58,982 nucleotides of DNA, from assembly GCA_015067125.1 (NCBI GenBank), contig SVNB01000001.1, forward strand, positions 1 to 58,982. Reading direction: 5' to 3'. The notes under the pieces were generated by a model. The model did no database searches, had not been told where the DNA came from, and was given only the letters and a program-made list of their open reading frames with translations. Below are positions 51,613 to 58,982 of this stretch, piece after piece. Each line of letters begins with the position of its first letter. Positions within the stretch are counted from its first letter, which is position 1. Source of the stretch: Oscillospiraceae bacterium (lineage in GTDB: Bacteria > Bacillota > Clostridia > Oscillospirales > Ruminococcaceae). A program made the translations under genes and the position numbers.

Positions 51613-53277
51613 TTAACCCTCTGCCATACGCACAAGCATTCCGGATTCTATGGGTGCGCTTGCGGTGGTAATAACGTATTCTCCGTTGCCGATGCCGGAA
51701 ACCGCGGAGTTGACGTCATCCGAAGCCAGCACCTGAACATCAATTCTTGTAGCGGAATATCTGTTGCCAAGAGGACTGCTTTTTGTAACAAGCGCAAGCA
51801 CAAAGCTGCCGTTGCTGTCGCTTCTTACCGCGCTGTTTGGAACAATAGCCGCATAATTCTGGCTGCGCTGACCGATGGAAATATCCACATTCATTCCGGG
51901 TTCCACGTCGCCGGAAACCTCGAAAATCAAAATCTTGTTTCTTCCGCCGCTCTGAGCATCATTCTTTATCTCTTTGAGCACGGCGCTTATCTGGCTGCCC
52001 CACCAATAGGTGCTAACTTCCGCGGTATCTCCGACAGAAACTTTTTTTGCCTGTTCCGAAGTTACCGAAACGTTTACGGTGTATCCTCTGTCGCTAAGTT
52101 CTATCAAAGCAAGGCGGCTTCCGGCCTGGGCGGTTTCTCCGGCTTTTACGTCAAGTTCCGCAACGGTGCCGCCAACCTTTGCAACAATTTCGTTTCCGGT
52201 TTCTCCGCCGGAAAGTTCCGCGACTTTTTCGCGCAGACGGTCAAGGTTCTTCTTTTCGTATTCAAGGTTAAGTTCTTCCAGCTTTTCGTCAATTTCGCCG
52301 TTGGCAATGGCGTTGCTCAAAGCTTCTCTGGCATCATCATAGCGTTTTTCCGCAGCTTCTATGGATTCCAAAGCAGAATCATAATCCATTCCGGCATATT
52401 TTCCGTACTGTTTTTCTGCCTTATCAAGCTTTTGCTGTGCTTCGGTCATGGCCGCTTCTGCAACAACGTATTGATTATAAAGTTCGTTATATTCGTTGGG
52501 GTCCGGACTTCCGGGAACGTTAAGTTCCGCAAGCTTTGCCCTGTAATCATCAACCGCCTTCTGCCACGAAATTATGCTGTTGCTTGCCATTTTATATTCG
52601 TCGCTTTCGGTATCGATCATTTTATCTCTTTCGGCAGTCCACGCATCAAGTTTTTCCTGAGCATCCGCCAAAAGAACCTTAAGCTGTTTTATCTCTTCGG
52701 TTTCTCCTTCGGAGCTTTCCAGCTTTTCCAGATGAGTTTTAAGATCGTTATATTTTGCGGTTTTTTCATCAAGCTCGGTTTTTGCAGAAGAAATCGCCGC
52801 TTCGGCTTTTTTTATGTTTTCGGCAGTTTCTTTTGCGTCAAGATAATCCTCCCGGGCATCATAAACCGCTTCGCTTTCCGCGGTATATTTTTCTCTGCTT
52901 GCTTCGATAAGGGCTCTTTCATACTCTATTTCTGCGGTTTCAAGGGCAAGCTTCGCGTCGTCAAGTTCTGTGCTGTCGCCTTCGCCAAGCACAAAAAGAA
53001 CGTCCCCGGCTTTAACGCTTTGGCCCACCTGAACAAGAACAGCTTCGATCTTTCTGCTTTGTTCTGTTTCCACAATATATTCTTCGTTCGCGGTAACGCT
53101 GCCGCTTCCGCGGATCTTTGCGCTGATGCTTCCGCTTGTGACGTATTGGGTAGAAACTTCCGGCAGGGAATAGTTCATAAAAGTATTTGAAAAAAAGGTC
53201 AGCACAAGCATAATGCTTAAAAAGATTATCGCCGCATTTTTAACCCATTCTCTTTTTTTGACTTTTTCTTCTGTCAT
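51613..53277 (-). CDS. HlyD/membrane-fusion-protein-family periplasmic adaptor with long coiled-coil hairpin
   Basis: Signal anchor, lipoyl-like VKAGDVLFVL and VAELDVKAGETAQAGSRLALIE halves, about 250 aa of coiled coil, and beta-barrel/MP domains. Confidence 0.8.
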   Translation of the reverse strand: MTEEKVKKREWVKNAAIIFLSIMLVLTFFSNTFMNYSLPEVSTQYVTSGSISAKIRGSGSVTANEEYIVETEQSRKIEAVLVQVGQSVKAGDVLFVLGEGDSTELDDAKLALETAEIEYERALIEASREKYTAESEAVYDAREDYLDAKETAENIKKAEAAISSAKTELDEKTAKYNDLKTHLEKLESSEGETEEIKQLKVLLADAQEKLDAWTAERDKMIDTESDEYKMASNSIISWQKAVDDYRAKLAELNVPGSPDPNEYNELYNQYVVAEAAMTEAQQKLDKAEKQYGKYAGMDYDSALESIEAAEKRYDDAREALSNAIANGEIDEKLEELNLEYEKKNLDRLREKVAELSGGETGNEIVAKVGGTVAELDVKAGETAQAGSRLALIELSDRGYTVNVSVTSEQAKKVSVGDTAEVSTYWWGSQISAVLKEIKNDAQSGGRNKILIFEVSGDVEPGMNVDISIGQRSQNYAAIVPNSAVRSDSNGSFVLALVTKSSPLGNRYSATRIDVQVLASDDVNSAVSGIGNGEYVITTASAPIESGMLVRMAEG

Positions 53278-53282
53278 AATGA

Positions 53283-54167
53283 TTATCCTTTCACCGAACC
53301 CTGGTGCGCAATTCCTTCAACAAGATATTCTTCTCCGTGAAGGAAGAGCAGCAGCGTCGGAATCATATATATTGTTGCAACGGCAAATGCAATGCCAACT
53401 TCGCCTGCGTTGATTTGAGAAAGATATACCGAAAGCGGCTGCTGCGCCGCATCCGGAAGAAGGATTATCGGCTGTTCAACCATGTTCCAGTAATCTATAA
53501 ATACAAGAATCGCTATGGAATAAAGGGCGCTTCTGCACTGCGGAAGGCATATTCTTGTAAAAATCTGCCATTCGCCCGCTCCGTCCAGTTTTGCCGCCTC
53601 TATAAGGGATTTGGGAATCCTCCTCATAAACTTTGTCAGCAAAAAAACAGAAAACGGAGCAAACATTCCCGGAAAAATTATTGCCCACCGCGTATTAAGA
53701 ATCCCCAGCCATTCGCTTACAAGATAGTTTGGAACCAGCGTTACCTGGTACGGCATAAGCATCAGTATAACGTAGAAAAAGAACATAAAGCTTCGGAACT
53801 TTCCTCTCCATCTTGTAAAGCCGTATGCCGCCAGCGCCGCTGTTGCCACCTGTAAAACAACTATCGGAACCACAAGAATAACGGAGTTCCAGAATTTAAA
53901 AAGATAATCCGGGCTTTTTATCAGCGCCGTTATGTACTGCGAAATGCTTACTTTATCCGGAATAAATTTAAGCGTAACAGAATCGGAAATATAGGTTTTG
54001 TTATCGCTTGTTATGTTGGAAAAAATCATGCCATAGTTTGCGTTTATCTCGCTTTGCTCCATAAACGAATTTGTTATGGTAAGCACCGTCGGCATAAGAA
54101 ACAAAAACGCAAAAACGGCGGAAATAATAAACATGGCGCCCCGGCCGAAGTATTTTTTCTTCTTCAT
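53283..54167 (-). CDS. Carbohydrate ABC transporter permease (MalG-type)
   Basis: Six TM segments. EAA loop LIEAAKLDGAGEWQIFTRICLPQ. Confidence 0.9.
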   Translation of the reverse strand: MKKKKYFGRGAMFIISAVFAFLFLMPTVLTITNSFMEQSEINANYGMIFSNITSDNKTYISDSVTLKFIPDKVSISQYITALIKSPDYLFKFWNSVILVVPIVVLQVATAALAAYGFTRWRGKFRSFMFFFYVILMLMPYQVTLVPNYLVSEWLGILNTRWAIIFPGMFAPFSVFLLTKFMRRIPKSLIEAAKLDGAGEWQIFTRICLPQCRSALYSIAILVFIDYWNMVEQPIILLPDAAQQPLSVYLSQINAGEVGIAFAVATIYMIPTLLLFLHGEEYLVEGIAHQGSVKG

Positions 54168-55102
54168 CAGCCTTCCACGTCCTTTCCAAAGGCGTCCTCT
54201 ATTTTAAAGAGCAGCGCAATTATTACCACCATAACAATCGCCATCAAAACCGCCGCGGCAGAAAGCTTCTGATAATCCAGCGAAGCGAACGTGTTGTTCA
54301 TAAAATGCTGTAACATATAAAGTCTTTCCACCGGGTATTCGCCGGTAAGAAGATAAATTTCTCTGAATACTTTAAAAGAGTTTATCATGGAAAGTATGGT
54401 AACAAAAAGCACCGTAGGAGAAAGATATCTTAATTTTATGGCAAAAAATTTATAAAATGCAGAAGAACCTTCCACGTCCGCCGCTTCCAGAAGTTCCTTT
54501 GGAATATTCGCCAGCGAAGACATAAAAAGTATCATGTTATACCCAAGGTTCTTCCAAAGATAAAGCACCACAATAACCCCAAGTGCCCATTCGGATTTAA
54601 GCCAGTCTATTTTTTCCATTTCGAAAAAAAGCAGAATTTCGTTAAGAACGCCGTTGTTGTGAAAAAGCACCTGCCATATAAGCACAACCGAAGCAACCGG
54701 CACCATCATGGGGCTTAAAAAGAAAGTGCGGAACTGGCTTTTAAGCGGAATTTTCGCTTCCAGCATAAGTGCAAGCCCCAAAGAAAGCACCACCGCCAGC
54801 GGCACCGCAACAATGGAAAAATCCACTGTGTTTTTTACGGCGATTTTAAACGCGCTGTTGCCCATAACGTTCTGAAAATTTTCCAGAAAAACAAATTCCG
54901 GGTTAAGCGGGCTTTTTATAACGGAATAATATACCACTACCAAAAACGGCAGTATAAAAAATACCGAAACGCCGAAAACGCTCGGCCCAAGAAACATCCA
55001 GCTGTGGATAATATCTCTTGTTTTTGCGTTAAGGCCGAGCGCCCGTTCTTTTATGCTTTTTTTGGTTTTTTCTTTTGTTTTTTTATCTCTGTTCGTTGAC
55101 AT
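54167..55102 (-). CDS. Carbohydrate ABC transporter permease (MalF/LplB-type)
   Basis: EAA loop LLEAADVEGSSAFYKFFAIKLRYLSP. Overlaps neighbouring genes at both ends. Confidence 0.9.
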   Translation of the reverse strand: MSTNRDKKTKEKTKKSIKERALGLNAKTRDIIHSWMFLGPSVFGVSVFFILPFLVVVYYSVIKSPLNPEFVFLENFQNVMGNSAFKIAVKNTVDFSIVAVPLAVVLSLGLALMLEAKIPLKSQFRTFFLSPMMVPVASVVLIWQVLFHNNGVLNEILLFFEMEKIDWLKSEWALGVIVVLYLWKNLGYNMILFMSSLANIPKELLEAADVEGSSAFYKFFAIKLRYLSPTVLFVTILSMINSFKVFREIYLLTGEYPVERLYMLQHFMNNTFASLDYQKLSAAAVLMAIVMVVIIALLFKIEDAFGKDVEG

Positions 55103-57635
55103 AAAGGTTTACCCTGCTTTGGATATATTCCGCAGTCTGCTGTGCGGTTCTGTCGCCGTTAAAGAAGTATTCGATCTCCTCGTTTACTATATTCATAACG
55201 CTTTCATCATAGCGGGAAATTTTTGTGGTGCTGTTTATAAGTTCCATAATGGCATCATATTCTGCCTGGGTCATGGCGTAAACCGGGAACTCAAAATACT
55301 GTCCGCCGTTTTCTGCCCAGCCATAGGTTTTGGGAAGTTCGTGCCAGCCTTTTTCGTTCACCTGGCCCTTTACAAATTCCGGAAGAGTAAAGGAAGAAAC
55401 CTCTTCGTTTACTTCGCCGCCGGGCATTGCCGGGGTTTCCGCTACGGGAATATCATAACCTATGGCAGGATTTGTTTCCACTGCGGGCATATCCACCGCG
55501 TATTCCGGATAAAGGCTTTCTTCCGGATTATAGAACTCGTCAAATTCCGGAGTCATCTCTTTTTCCATCATCTCATCAAAAATTGCCTTGTTGGTAGGAA
55601 GCTGATAATAATGCTCTTTTTTCTGATGTTCCTCCGTAAGGATTCTGCTGATGAATTCCCAGACCGCGTCTTTATATTCGCAGGTGGAAGACATGGCAAA
55701 TCCTGCATTAAGATAAAACGCGTTGCCGCTGCCCTCGTTGGTAGGAAGTCCCACAAAAGAGGTCTGGTCGCCCAGAATATAGAAGTTCTGGGCACGCATA
55801 TTCTGTATATTATAAACACTTGCCGCAGAAAGAAGCATTTCTCCCTTTGCAACCTTTATAATCGGCTGTACGTAATAGTTATAAAATTCATCGGTATATT
55901 CAAATTCCAGCGGGAAGTTTTCTGTAAATTCAAGAATATCAATAAATTCTTCGCCGGTAAAGTTGCATTCACCTTTTTCCCAATCCACAAAGCTTGCCAC
56001 GTTATTGGAAAAAAGCAGACTGAATGCTCCGGCTTTGGTCATATCCTCGCCGAAAACGCTTGCCCCTTCCGGAAGCTTTGCAAAGGCTTCTTTAAGGTCG
56101 TCAAAAGTCCAGCTGCTGCCGTCGCCAACCACGTTTTTAAGGCCGACGTAGCTTCTTATACCAAAGCTTTCGTGAATTTCGTAAAGCTTGCCTTCATCGT
56201 TCATCAAAGCTTCAAACGGTGCCTGCACAAGGCTATCCCAGCCTATGGTTTTTTCGATATACGGCATAAGGTCTTCAAAAATACCCTTGCCGGCATATTT
56301 ATCCATGGGCATATTGCTTGTAATAAATATATCCGGAACGTTGCCGCTTATAATTTCTGTATTAAGCTTGGTAAGGCCGTAATAATCTTCTCCGCTGGCA
56401 TATTCGGAATAATCAGTCACGCGGATTCTGTATTCTCCGTTGGTTTTGTTAAATTCCAGAACGTCCTGGCGGATATTATAATCCATATAAATACAGCCAA
56501 GGGTAATTATCTTCTTTTCCGGAACTTCGGAAGAAGGGGTCTTTTTAAGGTCTATAATATTATAAACCGTTCCTTCGTCATTCCAGGTTTCCTCAAAAGC
56601 GATAAGGTTTTCTTCATCTTTAACAAAAACTCTTTCCGGATAAACTCCGTTGGAATCCACGTCGGAATCCAGCCAGTAAAGCAGGGTTTCGCCCTCGCCC
56701 TTTGCGGTATCAAAAGCGCCAAGGCCGCTGCCGTTGCCGGAAGCATAGATAAAGTCGTAAACTCCGTTTCCTTCCGCAAAGCTATATACGTTCTGCGGCA
56801 GATCATAGCTTTCTCCAAAATCTTTTTTGCTGTCATCAATAACTTTAAGCTGAATGCCGTTTTCCGTCCACATGGCGCAGCCAACAGAACCGTCTTTAAG
56901 GGTGATCATTCCGTTAACTCCGTTTACGGAACAGTCTATGCTGTAAAGCTGGTTAAAATCCTTATCATAAACCCGGATCTCTTCCCAGGAGCCGATATAC
57001 CAGTTTCCGTTTCCGCCGATGAGAAAATAGTTGGGATAAAAATAATCTTCCTGGCTGCTTTCGTTAACAAAAAGAACCTTTCCTTCGCCGGCGGCGCCGT
57101 CTTCGCCGATGGGATAAATAAGATATTCGCTTTTGTTTTTTTCATATTCCCATCTGTTGCCGGTTTCCGGGTTGAACCCTGCCGGAAGATCATAGCTGGT
57201 GGTGTTTCTGGAAGTAAGCACCGCAAGGCCTTCGGGCGTTTTTATAATTCCGTTTATGTATTCGTTCATGCCGCCGTTTTCGTCCCAATGGTTATCCATT
57301 CCAAAGGCGCCCACTTCGGCAAAGTTTTTTCCGTCCTCGTCAAAAGAAAGAAGCTTCTGAACATATAATGATTCCGTATATGTTTCGCCGGTTTCTTCGT
57401 TTACGGTTTCTTTTTCCCTATAAGAATCCGCCACCGCGTAAAATTTTCCGTCAACGTATTTTACGGAACCAAGCCATTCCACCCCTTCCGGAAGGGATAA
57501 TTTGTTATAGGTCGGAACATAGATAAATTCCGGCATATCGGATTTGCCTGCTTCCGTTTTTCCGCAGCCGGAAAAACCGGTTATCAAAAGTGCCGCCGCA
57601 AGAATAAAAGCCGCCAGTTTTTTAATTTTTTTCAT
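55083..57635 (-). CDS. 850-aa extracellular solute-binding lipoprotein with an N-terminal extension of about 380 aa
   Basis: Lipobox LITGFSGC. The N-terminal region has repeated YxxDG/GxW strand-like motifs (beta-propeller-like, by eye). The C-terminal 470 aa or so look like a family 1 SBP (LplA-like). Confidence 0.75.
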   Translation of the reverse strand: MKKIKKLAAFILAAALLITGFSGCGKTEAGKSDMPEFIYVPTYNKLSLPEGVEWLGSVKYVDGKFYAVADSYREKETVNEETGETYTESLYVQKLLSFDEDGKNFAEVGAFGMDNHWDENGGMNEYINGIIKTPEGLAVLTSRNTTSYDLPAGFNPETGNRWEYEKNKSEYLIYPIGEDGAAGEGKVLFVNESSQEDYFYPNYFLIGGNGNWYIGSWEEIRVYDKDFNQLYSIDCSVNGVNGMITLKDGSVGCAMWTENGIQLKVIDDSKKDFGESYDLPQNVYSFAEGNGVYDFIYASGNGSGLGAFDTAKGEGETLLYWLDSDVDSNGVYPERVFVKDEENLIAFEETWNDEGTVYNIIDLKKTPSSEVPEKKIITLGCIYMDYNIRQDVLEFNKTNGEYRIRVTDYSEYASGEDYYGLTKLNTEIISGNVPDIFITSNMPMDKYAGKGIFEDLMPYIEKTIGWDSLVQAPFEALMNDEGKLYEIHESFGIRSYVGLKNVVGDGSSWTFDDLKEAFAKLPEGASVFGEDMTKAGAFSLLFSNNVASFVDWEKGECNFTGEEFIDILEFTENFPLEFEYTDEFYNYYVQPIIKVAKGEMLLSAASVYNIQNMRAQNFYILGDQTSFVGLPTNEGSGNAFYLNAGFAMSSTCEYKDAVWEFISRILTEEHQKKEHYYQLPTNKAIFDEMMEKEMTPEFDEFYNPEESLYPEYAVDMPAVETNPAIGYDIPVAETPAMPGGEVNEEVSSFTLPEFVKGQVNEKGWHELPKTYGWAENGGQYFEFPVYAMTQAEYDAIMELINSTTKISRYDESVMNIVNEEIEYFFNGDRTAQQTAEYIQSRVNLYVNEQR

Positions 57636-57745
57636 AAAATCCCCTCGCTTTTTTGTCAGATTTTTCTTTACATTATATAAGTAAACTAAAAGGGCAAATT
57701 TGTTGCAGAAAAAACGAGGTTTTTTAAAAAATTTTAAAAAATTTT

Positions 57746-58982
57746 TTATCTCTGCTCGTTAACATAAAGATTTACCCTGCTCTGGATGAATTTTGCGGTA
57801 TCTTCCGCGCTTTGTTCGCCGGCAAAAAACTGCTGGGTTTCTTCAAGTATAATTTCTATAATATCCATATCGTAACGGTTGATTTTTTCCGCGCTTTCAA
57901 TCAGTTCCATTATAGCACTATATTCCTCATTAGTCATTGCATAAATGGAAATATCATAATAATTTTCTCCGGCAGAAACTCCTCTTATCATCTTCGGAGA
58001 TTCTTCCTCTCCCTGTTCGTTAACAAGGGGTTTTCTGTATGCCGGAAGTTCAAAATCAATATTTGCGGAACCGCCGGAATTTCCGCCCACAACCACAGAA
58101 GAAGAACTGCCGTATCCGCCGAATTCCGGAGTCATGGCTTCTTTTGCCTGTGCTTCAAATCTTGCTCTGTTGGTAGGAAAACTTCCCCAGCCAAATTCCT
58201 TCTGGAATTCTTCCGTAAGAAAAGTTCTTATAAATTCCCATGCGGCTTCTTTTTCCTCGCATTTGGAAGACATCGCCAGTCCCGTTCCGCCGGTACTGAA
58301 ATAGGTTTCTCCGCCGTTTTCAGAAGGATATCCGGCAAAGCATACGTTATCTCCAAGAATATAGAAGGTGGAACCTATAAAATCTTCAAAACTGCTGATA
58401 TACGGCATACAAAGAAGCTGTCTGCCAACGGCAACAGAAATGCTGTCATCAATATAAACGCTGTTTTGCCAGTCGTATTCCGCCGGGAAAGTGTCTGCAA
58501 ATTCAAGAATTTTTACAAATTCTTCGTTATCAAAGCTGCATTCGCCGGTTTCCCAGTTTACAAAATCTTCCGAACGAATTCCCGCAAGCATAAGCACCGC
58601 TTCGGATTTTGTAAAGCTTTCTCCCATAACGCTTGCCCCTTCCGGAAGGGTTTGCGCAAGTTCTTTAAGTTTATCAACAGTCCAGTTTTCCGTTTCGCCG
58701 ATAACGTCTTTTCTTCCCATAAGGGTGTTTATGCCAAAGCTGGAATAAACCTCGTAAAGCGCGCCGCTATCGGTGCGCAAAGCATCAAAAAACGGTGTGA
58801 CAAGGGCATCGTAACCCATATCGTTTTCAATATAGGGCATAAGGTCTTCCAAAAGACCCTTTGCGGCATATCTGTTTGTATTCAGTTCGCTTGTGCAGAT
58901 AATATCCGGCACGTTTCCGCTGATAATTTCCGTATTAAGCCTTGTAAGACCAAGGGTATAGTCTTCTTCCGTATTGAATTCG
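57746..58982 (-). CDS. Paralogous extracellular solute-binding protein, 5' end beyond the right window edge
   Basis: The reading frame stays open to the window edge. ...LNTEIISGNVPDII aligns with LNTEIISGNVPDIF of the 850-aa paralog, so the track's start at 58912 is an internal GTG (Val). The C-termini are near-identical (FIQSRVNLYVNEQR). Confidence 0.8.
   Translation of the reverse strand, partial: EFNTEEDYTLGLTRLNTEIISGNVPDIICTSELNTNRYAAKGLLEDLMPYIENDMGYDALVTPFFDALRTDSGALYEVYSSFGINTLMGRKDVIGETENWTVDKLKELAQTLPEGASVMGESFTKSEAVLMLAGIRSEDFVNWETGECSFDNEEFVKILEFADTFPAEYDWQNSVYIDDSISVAVGRQLLCMPYISSFEDFIGSTFYILGDNVCFAGYPSENGGETYFSTGGTGLAMSSKCEEKEAAWEFIRTFLTEEFQKEFGWGSFPTNRARFEAQAKEAMTPEFGGYGSSSSVVVGGNSGGSANIDFELPAYRKPLVNEQGEEESPKMIRGVSAGENYYDISIYAMTNEEYSAIMELIESAEKINRYDMDIIEIILEETQQFFAGEQSAEDTAKFIQSRVNLYVNEQR

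Overview
58,982-bp chromosomal window from a Gram-positive anaerobe, apparently Bacillota/Clostridia-like. Support: ffs-dnaX-ybaB-recR synteny, smpB-ssrA, sortase-assembled pilus genes, a SpoVD/FtsI-like PBP, a DUF4317-like gene and Rex. All family names are my own motif recognition on the translations; no database search was run.

Layout:
(i) 1-1.6 kb: a partial UPF0597-family gene and an AEC transporter.
(ii) 1.7-24.5 kb: a cell-surface accessory block. It holds an acidic EF-hand mini-protein, an S8 lipoprotein peptidase, a 2,799-aa membrane-anchored repeat protein, a divergent LytTR/GHKL two-component system, and a pilus operon (coiled-coil protein, signal peptidase I, 1,731-aa LPRTG tip adhesin, LPETG major pilin, class C sortase, LPQTG Cna-B pilin, second sortase).
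(iii) 24.5-31.3 kb: housekeeping genes. XRE regulator, tmRNA, smpB, an unassigned structured intergenic region, recR, ybaB, dnaX, SRP RNA, a Cys-rich membrane mini-protein, a PBP and tRNA-Leu(GAG).
(iv) 31.2-37.3 kb: a 5.9-kb tyrosine-integrase island inserted in the tRNA-Leu 3' end. It has 24-nt direct repeats, a third repeat copy beyond attR, a GNAT-toxin-like two-gene cargo module and a 1.5-kb ORF-poor, strand-skewed segment.
(v) 37.4-50.2 kb: aldolase, DUF4317, cca, small HTH/RHH genes, rex, an amino-acid ABC importer, an M20 amidohydrolase, a MerR regulator, a DapB-like dehydrogenase and DUF523.
(vi) 50.2-59.0 kb: one tightly packed minus-strand operon. It joins two very large solute-binding lipoproteins and two sugar-type ABC permeases to an HlyD-type adaptor, a two-TM MacB-periplasmic-core-domain protein and a small membrane protein, with no ATPase.

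Best candidates for undescribed biology: the island cargo module and its non-coding segment, the ABC/HlyD/PCD hybrid operon, the 14 Cys-His modules in the pilus tip adhesin, and the recR-smpB structured region.

Many long ORFs in the supplied track are exact antisense shadows of real genes and are rejected.
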